Assembly (NCBI GenBank): GCA_051294905.1
Contig: CM119385.1
Coordinates: forward strand, 18,848,001 to 18,912,000
From: Botryllus schlosseri
Taxonomy: Eukaryota
Direction of reading: 5' to 3'
Length of the DNA stretch: 64,000 bases
Positions 49,006-62,300 of the stretch are shown one piece after another. Position 1 is the first letter of the stretch. Every line of letters begins with the position of its first letter. The notes under the pieces are model-generated. The model worked only from the letters and a program-made list of their open reading frames with translations. It was not told the origin of the DNA and ran no database searches. The position numbers and the translations under genes are program-made.

Positions 49006-52000
49006 ATGTTACACATACAAACGCTTGCTTGGGGCATGAATATATTATTGCGTAGAACGCTACCGCGGAAGATATCCAATTGTTATTACGAGCGGACAGT
49101 TCTATCATTGTCGCGATGCAATGCGGATTTCAGCACCGATGCGACACGGTTTTTATCAATTTCGCGTACTATGACATCTTCGACGCCATTTTGTTCACAT
49201 CGTCAAAGAACATTTGCCATGGATCAGTTGCACGTTAGGAAATTATCGTTATCGGCTGTTAATTCCGGCGTTTCGGACAAGTTAGGGAAGATGTACATGA
49301 AGCGAGACATTTTGAAAATGAAGAGAGCGGCGTTTTACAAGAAGTTCTCCGCTGCCCGGTTTGTGAAGGCTGCCCCCGACAGCGTGAAGCCTTATTTAGA
49401 ACTGACGAGAGTCGATAAGCCTATCGGAACGTGGCTGTTGTATTTACCGTGCGCTTTTGGAATATCCCTCGCTGCGCCTGTCGGCACGTTACCGAGTCTT
49501 TATTATTTAGGTAAGTTATAGTCTCAGAGAGTGACCGATATCTGTGTTTGTATAAATGCCAAATCTGGCCAAAAATTATATTGATTCAATCCAATGACGT
49601 AATCACTTGAAACCAGTGTTGGGATCAAGTCGCTACCTTCGAGTCACGAGTCATCTCGAGTCATTGCAGAGTTTGACTCGAGTCAAGTCAAGTCAATCGA
49701 TTTTCAAAAGTGACTCGAGTCAAGTCAAGTCACTCGTTTTTTGGAGGTGACTCGAGTCAAGTCGAGTCAAGTCAAGTCACGAGTCAAGTCACAATTCAAG
49801 TCAAATTGAATTTTCGATGTATGAGTGATGATTCAAAGTCATTACACTTTGCTAGCTGTGTGAAAGACAGATTAATTGATCAATGCTGATCATTTATCTT
49901 GAATAAAATAACGAATATCTAGTTAAATATACCTGCGAAAAGACGTTGTATCACTCACGCACACTAGGGCTGTTCAAAAATAACTTTTTTTCCTGAATCT
50001 TGCTGGTTACTTGATTAAATCGTTAGGTTGCCTTAAAAAACGACGCATACCAAATTTGAATTCATTCCGACAAATATTCGCGGGTTACGTAGAGTTTGAA
50101 AATTTTGGATTTGCCCAAAAACGCAAAAAAAAAATTATCTCAAATTTTTTTGCCAACCCCATGAAATTGTTGGGCTGTCTTCAAAACCCATGCAAAACAA
50201 ATTTGACTCAATTCCAAACTGTAGAACCGGAGTTATTTCAGTTTTTATTCGAAAATTCTGGGATTATCCTTGATTGGTGGATAATCCATGAATTATCACC
50301 GAAAAACTGGAATAACTCCGCTTCTACGGCTTGGAATTGAGTCAAATTTGTTTTGCATAGTTTTTGAAGACAGCCCAACAATTTCATGGGGTTGGCAAAA
50401 AAATTTGAGAAAATTTTTTTTTGCGTTTTTGGGCAAATCCAAAATTTTCAAACTCTACGTAACCCGCGAATATTTGTCGGAATGAATTCAAATTTGGTAT
50501 GCGTCGTTTTTTAAGGCAACCTAACGATTTAATCAAGTAACCAGCAAGATTCAGGAAAAAAAGTTATTTTTGAACAGCCCTAACGCACACGTAGAACTGT
50601 TAATAAAATACGTGAGTAACTGTACAGTCACATGCTACCGTCAGTTATTATCAGCCAAAATATAGGACATAATCAACATCTATACATCAGTGAGTAAATA
50701 AACGCCCAAACTATATTTGTTTGATTTAAATCATACATAAAGGTTGGTAAAGGTGAGCACTTCGCAACGTAAGCATTGATCCGTCTAAGAAACAGAGACA
50801 CATTGCTATTTAGAGTAATCTTCTTCTACTACTACTACTACTACTACCACGACAACGCAAGCTGTGATACTTTAGTTTGCGGTCTATTTATTTGTGATCT
50901 AACAATCGAGGATCAGTGTATCGTACGATCAGTGAATGACTGGCTGCTTTCACAAGTGACACCGGCGTATCTCGAACAATCCGAACATAGGCCTACACAA
51001 GATACAGTGATTTATTTGACACCGTTTACTTGATGACTTGAAATTGACTCGTAAATTTTGCTCCGAGTCACGAGTCAATGCGCATTTTTAAAGCCTCGAG
51101 TCAAGTCAAGTCATACGAAAAAGTTGACTCGAGTCAAGTCATGACTCGAGTCATCCCAACACTGCTTGAAACTGGTCATAACGATTCGAGTGGAGTAGTG
51201 GGAGCTGATTTTCTCCGTAATAAAAATATATGCCTACACACCAAGTTTATTTTTTATCAAAAACTCAATATGTTATTTCGACTGTTGAAACTTCGATTAG
51301 GCTAGCCTTCAAGGCAACGAATATTCATGGAATGTCATTTCTATCATGTAGTGATTCACCCTAGCAATAGTCAGTAAGTACTAAGAAATAGTCTTACTCC
51401 AGAAATACAAAATTACTTTGCATGACGTGTGTGTGGCTGGCGTAATTTTTCTTGTGGCCGTATAAAGATACATTTTGAACTCCAAAAGTCATTTGTACTG
51501 TTATGTCGTAATGGATGGCGTCCAAATACTCGACTCGAAGTATAATACTCAGGCACTCGATTTGCCGAGCACTAGTTGGGCTAGAAATTGTCACAAGTAG
51601 AAGGAAATTGTCCAATACTGCTTGTGACCATTCAACATTACATATCGGCAGGCAGTGAAATTGTAGTGCTAAATCTAGGTATAGATTAATAATATATAGC
51701 CTACTTTACATATATCAATTGTAACATGGTACTGAAGTTAAAGATCATGATTCACGATGTATCTTTTCTGTATTAAGGACTGTTTGGAGTTGGCGCATTT
51801 TTTATGAGGGGAGCAGGCTGTATCATCAACGATTTATGGGACAAAGATCTCGATAAACACGTGGAGAGAACGAGGTCGCGACCTCTCGCGAGCGGGAAGC
51901 TGAAGCCTCGGAACGCTATCGCTCTTCTGGCTGCGCACTTGTCTATCTCTTTGGGAATTCTGTTGAGTTTAAACAATACCTGGTAAGAAATGGCGGCACC

Positions 52001-55000
52001 TTGTGGCAGCCAGTGACATTATACTTTGTACTTCAACTGAGCCATGCCTCTTTGGAGACTTGGTTATCAATAGAACTTTTCGTAGAATCTCACTTATTGA
52101 CTTGTTTCATTAAGATTGATACTCGCTGGCCCAAGTTGTCAAGCCCCCCGGGCCTTCACCATTATTAGTAGTGATGACTCTGAGACGGCTGCAAGAACAT
52201 CACACAACGGAAAACCGGTATCTTGATTCATGACAAACAAAGACACGTGTTTTCTAGTTGATCAACAACTAAAATATATTTCATGCACAACTACAACTAG
52301 AGCTACTCAATTTTTAAAATCCGCAACGTACGGTTACTTTTTAATACTTTTGTTTTCTGTCAAATTTATTTTGTGATAGAAGTATTTATACATTTTTTAA
52401 ATTCGATCTCGTGGAATATCACCTACAGATAGATTAGCGTTGATTTGTGATTAGCGTTGATTACATTGTCTCAAACTACATTTCTAAATCCTGTATTTAA
52501 TATTTTTTCTTGGATTTTTACATCAAGTTTATGTCTGCTTTTGCAGAACACAATTGTATTCAATTAATATTACAACCATTAAAAGTAATGCCGCAGGCAG
52601 TTTCTCATGTCAAAAGATTCTATAGCCTACTGCTGACAAATCGCTGGTCATTGAAATCCGTGTTCTTTTCATTCTTAGCATTGTTATTGGAGTCGCATCC
52701 ATGCTACCCGTTATACTTTATCCGTTAGCCAAGCGAGTGACGTACTTTCCTCAAGCAGCGTTGGGATTGACTTTCAACGTGGGTGCGATCATGGGTTACG
52801 CCGCCGTCGCTGGACAAATCAACTGGTCCATCGTAATGCCCTTATATATTGGCTGCTTCCTGTGGACCATGTATTACGACACCATCTATGCAGTGCAGGT
52901 TGGGATCGTTAATTGTTTATTGGGCGGCGTTATCTATAGAGGTGGTCAAAACTTGTAAGTTTCTACTCCAGGACAAGTTGATATCTAGCAATATCGGGAA
53001 AATTTCAAAACTACTTCTAGTGGAAATAGAAAATGGAAGGTCTTCAAAGTGCCGTACTCAAGTAGTTTTTAATAATTGATTTGATCGAGGGGGTCGTGTA
53101 CTCATATACTTTTAGAAGTTGATTATAGGTGGCTACTTTTGAAATTCCAAGATGTATCTTGGCGACTAATTCAAAATAGCTAATGACAGTATAAAAAGGT
53201 AGAAGCCTGGAAAATTTCTTGAGTAACTGTGATAGAGACTATACCACATGGTTAATATGACATTCACACCCATATAAGTGATGCAGACTTATCCCAAGAC
53301 TACTTTACTGTTTGAGTAGAAGTAATAGGCAAAACCTATTGGACTATTCGGAATAAGTAGGAGTAAGCTACTTACTTAGTTATTGACCATCTCTGGTTTT
53401 CTATAATATTTCTTTAGTATAAAGGGTTTTTATACCGGTGTGTTTGTGTTGAATACGGGTGTCGATGTGCATGATTCAGATTATGGCTTTTCCACAAGGA
53501 CGCCGGCGATGACTTGAAAGTGGGAATTAAATCGACCGCGTTGCTCTTCCTGGCTTCCAAAGACACCGAGGAGTTGATGAGATTGCCGATTCGTGAAAGG
53601 TATGATACGTTAATCGATGAGATTCATACGGTTACAGAATTTGAACTATAATGATGCAGGTTTAAAGTGGAACTTTGCTCTAAATTTGACGTGATCTCAA
53701 AACGACGCGTGTTTTTGAACGCGTGTTTGAACTATGACTTCTCACTTTTCGAAATCTGCACTTGTAGGCGAAGGCTGGAGATTGATGTTACCAAGTGGTT
53801 TTGACTCCTACTCATCTTTTCGTCGTATTGCAATTCTTGTGTCATCTTGAATCGATAAAAACTGTAATGAAACGATCCCGATACTGACGACTTATCACTT
53901 TTGAATCCCTTTAGCGTGCTGATAACTCTTGATAACAAGCATCGAAAAGTTGTTGCGTGATAATAACTGTATTATTGTAATGGCTGTTGTGATAGAAGTA
54001 ATCTTCAAGTTCAGTACCATGAACCCGCTGTTTGTCTTCAGACTTACGGAGATGAACGAATCGATGGCAAAACTGCAAAGTAGCCTGGCCGTATGCTACG
54101 GCGCAACTATGATGTCGTGGATGGCGGCGTTCATGTGTGCCGGCTGCGCCTTTCCTGCGTTTTTCGTCCCTATCACCCATATGTTGAAGTGCACGGTAAG
54201 TCGGTTCAGTGTTTGTAATGAAACAAACAGATTTTGCGTGCAGCTCTGTTGTATTTTGTTGCTACTATTTCCAGAGTTTTGATCTAAATCTACCTCCTTT
54301 ACACAATGGGGCTTTCGTGCTGTGGACAGTAGTTTTGAATTGGATTGCATCATTCTTGTGAGTGAAATTATCAAAACAATCGGGTAACATAGCCACAAAC
54401 CCACGGTATCACAGTAACGGTAGATATTTTCGAAAATTGATCTATTTGTGTTTTGATCAGTAATTTTTGTGATGTCGCAACAATTCATCTGGCAATTTAA
54501 AAAGAAAAACTCCTATTTACTGAATCTATGCGACACCTCGACCAAATTTACTTTAAAGAACTAATCACTTGAGTTCATTTTTTCAGTTTCATTTTTGACT
54601 TCTATTTGAAGTAGCTTCAGTGAGACTTGAAAACCGCTACTTTTACTTGAGTAGGAAGGCGGCCTACTTCGACCGCCTCTGGATATCTCTACTGAAAAGT
54701 TAGATATTACGTTGATAAGGGTTAGGCACGAGGACCGGGAACCAATGATACCGATGTCATCTCATTTTCCCCAGTTATCCATCGATGAATTCCATTTCAA
54801 TCCTATATCATTAACATGGGCAGATGTGGTCAATAATGAACTAAGTGGTTCTTGCCCACTTTTTACTTCGTAGTCAAGTTGTTATGATATTAGAATCTAC
54901 TTTTACTGAACAATTTTCGTTTTTTTGGCAGAACTGGGCTTAAAATACTTTCTTTTTCGCTTACTTGGAAACCATTACTAAATGACTACTTTAACCTCCT

Positions 55001-55202
55001 CTGACTATGTGTGTACGAGTTTTCCGTATCATCCTGTTGTAGGGAATTATTTTATTCCATTCCTTTTGTGCCACAGAAAGCCGACCAGAATGTCAGTCAT
55101 CCCGAATTATGCTGGGAGAAGTTTGTCGAATCGAGGAACACGGGACTGATGGTGTTGGCCGGCATTATTGCGGGCGTGTACCTGTCCTATCCGGTTGGTT
55201 AG
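49006..55202 (+). CDS. COQ2: 4-hydroxybenzoate polyprenyltransferase, mitochondrial, 6 exons
   Basis: Exons 49006-49510, 51778-51982, 52679-52898, 53499-53599, 54042-54195, 55077-55202, phase-consistent. Motifs: PYLELTRVDKPIGTWLLYLPC, MRGAGCIINDLWDKDLDKHVERTRSRPLASG, YPLAKRVTYFPQ, WTMYYDTIYAVQD..DDLKVGIKSTAL, CWEKFVESR. The start codon is less certain. Confidence 0.95.
49614..51164. mobile_element. CAGTGTTGGGAT-terminated hAT MITE (1.55 kb) in COQ2 intron 1
   Basis: TIR CAGTGTTGGGAT...ATCCCAACACTG with perfect TSD CTTGAAAC (49606-49613, 51165-51172). Confidence 0.9.
49965..50582. mobile_element. Nested palindromic TAGGG-type hAT MITE
   Basis: TAGGGCTGTTCAAAAA...TTTTTGAACAGCCCTA with perfect TSD ACGCACAC (49957-49964, 50583-50590). 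Arms are near-perfect mirrors apart from a ~45-bp central spacer. Confidence 0.92.
52990..53397. repeat. AT-rich dispersed repeat (CTACTT/AAGTAG-rich family)
   Basis: Similar CTACTT...AGTAG blocks recur at ~11560-12050, 13660-14170, 19900-20050, 28150-28330, 38600-38800, 54560-54960 and 57730-58180. Boundaries are approximate. Confidence 0.55.
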
Positions 55203-56376
55203 AATAATTATGCTGCCTAATTGTGTTTTTTGCATCTCTTCTTAATAAAACAATTCAAAATAGCATGATTGCCTGTGTATCGTGGTCTTGCGCTACACTT
55301 TGTCAAATCTATCAACAATGGATCGATTACGCCACTACGGTAGTTCGATGTAATACATACGCAACAGCTCGGAAATATCCCAGTAGTAGCTTGGTTTCAT
55401 TAGTGACTTCCGTCAGTGATTAGTGATTGCTGTCTTTGTGGAAAGTTAGTTCTGCTGTCAGAGTAGGCTTAACTTATTTTTTACTATGAGACAGGCAAAA
55501 GTGGCCAGTAACAAAATGATGAGGTAGATGTCAGCTAATTGCACTACTTGGTTTGATCACAACTGTGACCCCCCTGGTCAAATCTACTTTACGACCAAGT
55601 TAGTTGAGTATAACTGTGAATCTGCATTCTGTAAAGTATCTCGATTCAGACAAACCAAAACGGTAGTGGCACCATCTTGTGTCAGGCAGTTGAAACAAAC
55701 TGCCACAAGAACTTTGAAGCCCTTTTGGGATCAAATGCCCCAGATCTGTCTCCCTAATTAGCATATACATCCTTTATACTTGTAAGGTCATCAAGCGTAG
55801 AAAAAGACTTGACAATCATGTGATGTAAGAGGATCAGATGGCGTCGTAATGTTTGAGTCCTGAATTGACTAGAGGGCATGAAGCCCATTTTCACCTCCTT
55901 GCTGCGTCAGTGACTCTCTGTTACTTATTTTACTTACTTATTTTCTAAACCTATTACTACAACACCAGCCAGCGGTAGGATATAGACCTTGTATTAATAA
56001 AATGTTTTCTCTGAAAAGCAACGGTACAATAGACAAATCGCAGTGTCTCAGTGAGGTGATTCTAAATAACGTATCTGAAGAAGCAGTCGAGTGTGAGCGT
56101 AAGTAGAAAACTATGTGTCGTAATACAAAGTAACGGAACAGTGTAAAGAACAATACCGAGGACTGAAATTCATCGTATTAACGAGTCAGATACTGACTCG
56201 ATGTCAGTGTTGCAATGGGATACAAAGGACGTTGGCTATAAGAGAAGAACACTGTTAACGATGCATGGCTTAAACGTAAAAAGACCTTGGAGCAATGCCT
56301 GTGGCCACCCGAATGTATTATTTAAAGTTTCAAGTAATGGTCGCACGGCGCAGCCATGGTTATAAATAGCATTGGT

Positions 56377-59300
56377 TCAAATTGGAGTCTCTTTGATGGA
56401 TCCAAAATCTTGCTGGCCTTTGCGGCGTTTGGCACTTTTAAGCGAGCCCAGCGTCTGCGTTCTGCTTGTCGAAGACGGGTGCTCGTATGGAGACGTGTAA
56501 TTCTGACCTCCGATATGTAGGTCGCTATTGAAGTGGGTTTCCAGGTTATCTGTAATAAATAACCAGAGTTGTAATGACACGTTCATGACTCGACTTGAGT
56601 CTTTTTGTGTATTGACTCGAATTGTACTCGAGCCATTTCGCATGACTCTGACCAAGTCATATGACCCGACAAATTCTATATGTCTTATTCAAGCCTCATA
56701 TATCAGGACCAATAATAATTGAAAAATAGGCCCAGAAACTGTCTTTCATCTGTTTGATAAACATGTTTAGAGTGAGAAAAATGAGTATATTATGAATCCG
56801 AAGCCTTCAATTCCAACCAAAAGTTTATAGGAGTGAATTGAACTCGATACTGAACAGTAAACTCTATGACTTGGACTCGGCCTCGAGTCTTCACACTATG
56901 ACTCGGACTCGGCCTTTTGCAACGTGACTCGAACTGACTCTGTGGTGAATTGAAAATGATTTGACTGGACTCAAGTCAAAACGATAAAAGTCAAATTGAC
57001 TTGTGACTCAGAACCTTGAGACTTGGTTACGACCCTGCAAAGGACACAGGTAATGACACACAAGTAAGTGAGGCCAAAAAGTAACCAAGAGAGTTAAACT
57101 TGAATGCTGACTAGTTCGGTGGTTCTCAACCGCCTGTCCTCCAACTACATTTCAATTTTATAACGTAATTGCAAAATGCAAGAAGCTGGTCGCTTGTACA
57201 TTAATGAGAGATATGAAATAACAAGTTTCATTAAATTGAAATTTCATGCATTTTTCGTATTTGCAGTTTGGATTTCATTTTAAATTTTACCGGCCCCTCA
57301 GGCTAAAAAATTTGAGAATCACTTGACTAGTTGAATACTAACGAAGAATCGCAATCTGAATTGAAAGACTGAAATATACTTAGATTTTAAATGTGTTCAC
57401 GGTCGTCGGTAGACATAGATGTTTGCATTTGTTTTCCCCAACGGAATATTTTCTTCATACCTGAAACGATGCGACTTCCGTGCCTGCTAGATAAATTTCC
57501 GTGCTGCGACGGTGCTGCGCGGTGATGGAAAGCGTTATGATGGGGTGGTAAGAAATTTTGATGACCTGCAGAAAAATGGCGGCGACTTAAAATCCACAAA
57601 TGGAATCAAATCAAATATCCCGCTAAAATGGACTGGTTTTCACACGAAATTTCAAATAATATATCAAATTTCACGCGGCTTTTTAAGTTTGCGGTCTTCA
57701 ATTGCGCAGATAAAAAATGAATTAGGGATTTGCACTTGTAGGCTACTACTCACTCAAGTGGTTAAGTTTTCAGACTGCTTCCGTTTCTCCTTTATAATCC
57801 ATACTACTTACTTTTACATTTCGGCTTTTGTAAAGTAGATAGTTTTGAGATTGGTTTGTATTTGTGAGTGGGATTCAACATGCCAAATTGGCCCGTGTAT
57901 GATGGTAACAAATTATATATTCTAAAATTGTCGTATTTGTAGTTTTGCGTGGTTACAGAGATGTATCCTGCAATTTTGAAACTACTGCGATTTACACCTA
58001 AAAGAATGCGACATCTCGACCAAATCTACATTTTAAAACTACATGAGTACATTCAAACCATCAGCTTTCTACTTCTACTCGCAGTAGCTTTGACAAGTCT
58101 TGGAAATTGCTACTTTTACTCGTTCTCGAGCAGTAATCTGTGGCATTTCTTCTACATCTATTTGACCACTGCAGTAAAAATAGACATGCTAGTGTGATCC
58201 AAAAAGTAGCAGTATTTCATTACTTTGTTATATGCCGTTTGCCTAATTTTTTGTCAGTTATTATTATGAATACATTTGGCAATACGGCCTTTCTCGGTAT
58301 GAATGAGTGCTCCAAATACAAACTCCACAACTGAATCGCACCTGCGCCAGATCTCATTAGCGAGTGCAAAATCCGGCTGTCGTTATACGCCGGATAATGC
58401 TGCTGTGCTTGCGAATGACCGGGCGGCTCGTTCGCAAGACTCGAAGACTGACGGTGATAACTCTTCGACTGCGTCAGCGGCGACATTTGACCCATCGACG
58501 AATTCCTACCGCCCTGATTTTGCCCAACTCCGTCGTTTGATCTGAATGTGAAAAGATTGTGCTGTTGAAACACGGGCATGTCCGCCGTACGCGAGATAGT
58601 ACCTGCCATCCCAAAACGCAATGTGTTGTTTCACGGCCCCTTGCGTGCCCAAATGTCTGTCATCGTGCATGACGTTGACCTGGAAAGTATAGAGGGTAAA
58701 ATGAAATGAATTCATCGTAATTTTATTAATAGCTTTCATCACGACATCCAGCGCGAGAATATGTATATTTTCACTCTTCTTTTGAATCTGTTTGAGGCCT
58801 CGCCTGATAATAGGCATAGGAAAAGTCTCTAGGTGTAAATATACATATTCTTGCAATGGATGTGGTGATAAAAGCTATCTTCTAGTTTGACATCTACTAG
58901 CTATCTACGACAAACCAGCTATTCAACTACGTTAATAAATAGCGCCACTCATATTCCTAATATATCATCCCTACAATAAGGCACTGTACATAAAGGAAGT
59001 GCAATAATAGGATGTAGCATATTTCTGTCCATGATGTTTTGCGGCATATACACTGACTCATGATATACATTAGGGTTGTCTAAAATTTGAAAAATTTCGA
59101 AAATGCTGCGTTGTAATGTCTTATTCTATAGATTATTGATTAAAAACATCAACAAGCCTGAAAGAAGCTCTCAGGAACGTCGTTAAGATTTCTTACAAAG
59201 CGTTTGAAAGTAGCTGCCAAAGAGTGGGCGGGCCACCGACGGCGAAATTGCAACTAGGCGGGCAATGACGAAACCACGATTCTTGATTGGGTAATCGGTT

Positions 59301-62300
59301 ATGCTTCAATGATGACGGCGGCTGTCAGCTCTGATTTGGGTGCTTCACCGTGTTTGACAGAAGGAGTAGGTTTTGCTGCTGCTGAGTCTGTTGGTGACGG
59401 CTGTAATACTGTAAAAGCGTGTTGTGGTTTGATGAGTCAATAGTAGTAATGTAACAGTGGTTCTTCGAATGTATCAGTTGTAGCAGTAGTTTCTGTTTTG
59501 CGGAGGTGGAGTCTGTTAGTAGAGACGGGAATTTGTAAAGCGCATTGTGGGTTGATGCATCAATAGTTGTAATGCAACACTTGTTCCTTGCTCAATGTTT
59601 TAGTTGCAGCAGCATTTTCTGTTCTGATGAGGTCGATTTTGTTAGTAGTGGTTGTGGTTATGTACAAGGGCATTGTGGGTTGGTGAGTTAATAGTCGTAA
59701 TGTAACACTTGTTACTTAAATGTTTTAGGCGTAGCTGTAATTTATGATAGAAGGCAAAAATATTACTGTCATGGCAGAGGCAAAACGGCGGAAGACTGTG
59801 CACTTGCCACAGAGAAGAACAAGATCTCGATCTGAGCATTACTTGGTCGGATATGCTTGCGATTACATCTGTGGCTCGAGATTACCAACCTTGCGAGAAG
59901 TAATGAGTTACTTTCTGCATCTGAAAGACCATTGCCCTCAGTCAACCCCTACTCGTGAGCTATGTAATGTGGTGGTTCATGATGTCATGACAGTGTGGCA
60001 AATGGCGAGAATTGCCACAATACTTAAAGGAAATGCGGTGAAATTACTTGAAAAACTGAACAAAAAATATATTTTTCTGAAGGCGACCATGAAACGGGAA
60101 AGTGATCCCAAGGGTAAGAGGAAAAAATTCACGGAAGATTTGGACAAGTTGTGGGATATTGGAAGTACAGATGCGATAGCAATAATACAAAATGACATTT
60201 ATCTATCACATGATAGAAAGCTCGAAGACATTGCATTCTATGAAGATCAACAGCAATCTCGCAAATGCATAATGTTGGGAAGAGACAAGATTCTCGCTAA
60301 AGACATCGAAAAGAAAACAGCAACCATGGCGGATAGAACTGTTAAAAACATTCAACATGACTCAAGTGATGACTATGTTGTTTTAGCATCTTCTTCATCT
60401 TCAAAAGAGGGTGATAGTTTGAGTTCAAGTTCTGATTATGATGCTGATGTTGGTCTTGGCACCTCGACAGCCATTAAGCTGATGGCACCTAAAAATATTA
60501 TGAATAATACCCATGTGTCCCAAGCTCTGGATCGATTGCAACTAACAGACAACAAGGCAACAATGCTGATCGGAGCATTTATTACGGCTTGTGGCGGTGA
60601 CATAGCAATGTTCTCTCTGTCAAGATCTTCGACAAAGAGAGCCAGGGAAACAAATCGTCTTGAAATTTCCAAGGATATTTCAGAAAAATTTGCAGAAAAT
60701 AAACCTCAACATGTTGCTATTCATTGGGATGGAAAGCTCACAGAGGATAGATTAGGAAATCGGTATGAGGCTCTGTCAATTGTCCTATCTTGTCATCCTC
60801 AATACTCAGAAGGAAAACTACTTGGCATTCAAAAGATGCAAAATGCTGCAGGTCAGACGCAAGCAGAAACCACTTTCAACATAATTGAAAGTTGGAATAT
60901 AAAAGATGCTGTAACAGCTTTGGTTTTTGACACTACAGCAAGCAACAGCGGCTGGAAGAAGGGTGCAGCAAAGATTCTTGAAGACCTTCTAGGAAGGAAG
61001 GTGTTCTACCATGCATGTCGGCACCATGTGTATGAGCTGGTAGTGAAAGACGTTTGGAAATCTTTATTTGGAAAGGCCACAACTGGACCAGAGAATGCAT
61101 GGTTTGCCCACCTTAAAAGGAACTGGAGCAGTCTTGACAGGGAACAGCAATTCAAGACTCTGACTATTCCTCTATGTTTTGCTGAACGAGCTGCAATGAT
61201 AGTTGATAAGTTCAAGCTACTGTTGAACAGAAAAGATTTTTTCACACGGGATGACTACAAGCAATGTGTGACTAATGCTCTTGCTCTTCTCGGTGCAGAT
61301 GAAGATATACGTCATCACAAACCTGGTGCAGCACACCATGCGAGATGGATGGGTACAATTCTGTATGCTCAAAAGATGTTCATGTGGGCCGACCAATTAG
61401 ATTACAAATCTGAAGAAGTTGAACTGCTGCGCCGCTTCAATTTATTTTTGGTTCTCTTTTATATCCCTGCGTGGGTGGATTCAAGCATTGGTCGTGATGC
61501 AGCTGGTAATGACTTGAGATTCGTTCAGCACATGTTGAGTTATAAGGAATATGATGAGCAAGTTTCCACAGCTGCTTCACGAAAGCTTTTGAAGCACGAC
61601 TGGTATATTGTTGAGGAAACCGCTGTATACGCCTTGTTTTCACCGACGGAAAGCAAGGAAACCCGGGAAAATATGGCTAAGGCGCTCCTGCAAGTAGAGC
61701 GAACTTCCAGTTTCAGAAGGGGCCCACCCTCATTGAATGCAACTATACAGATCAACAAGGACAGTACGTTGTCTGACCTTATTGGGCCCCAGTCGTGGTA
61801 CATATTTGAAGTTTTTGAATGCTCTGGGGATTGGCTGCGTCAACCGGTTGATGATTGGCACTTTTCAGATTCATTCAATAAATTGAATTGCTACGTTAGT
61901 TCTGTCAAAGTCGTTAATGATGCCGCAGAAAGAGGTGTCAAGCTAAGCACAGACTATGCTGCAATCTTGACTGACAATGAACAGCAAAGAGACAGTTTGC
62001 TTCAAGCTGTGGAACAGCATAGGAAGATTTTTGGAGACAGCAGGAAGTCTACTCTTATCAAAGGCCAGTGATCTGCAACACTGACCCTGCGATATACTTT
62101 TTAATGATGCCTTTTGTAAATAGCATTTTTGCCTTTGTTAAATCTTGAATAAAAAGTGTAATATGCGTTCGTTTTAGAGAGAGACGTCGACTTACCATAA
62201 CAAGCCATAAGGAGAAATTGACTACTGGTTTGCAATTTATGAGTTACAGTCGTTGTCAACTGGTATGTTTTAGAAGGCTCGAAGGTAGCACGATGCATGC

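Noticed and set aside
58300-58345. GAGAIQLW in ORF 58220-58621 resembling the start of an ETS domain (GSGQIQLWQFL)
   Set aside because: The continuation is not ETS-like. A CAG|GTGCGA donor at 58341 puts AIQLW in an intron, and the downstream exons are in phase without any ETS sequence.
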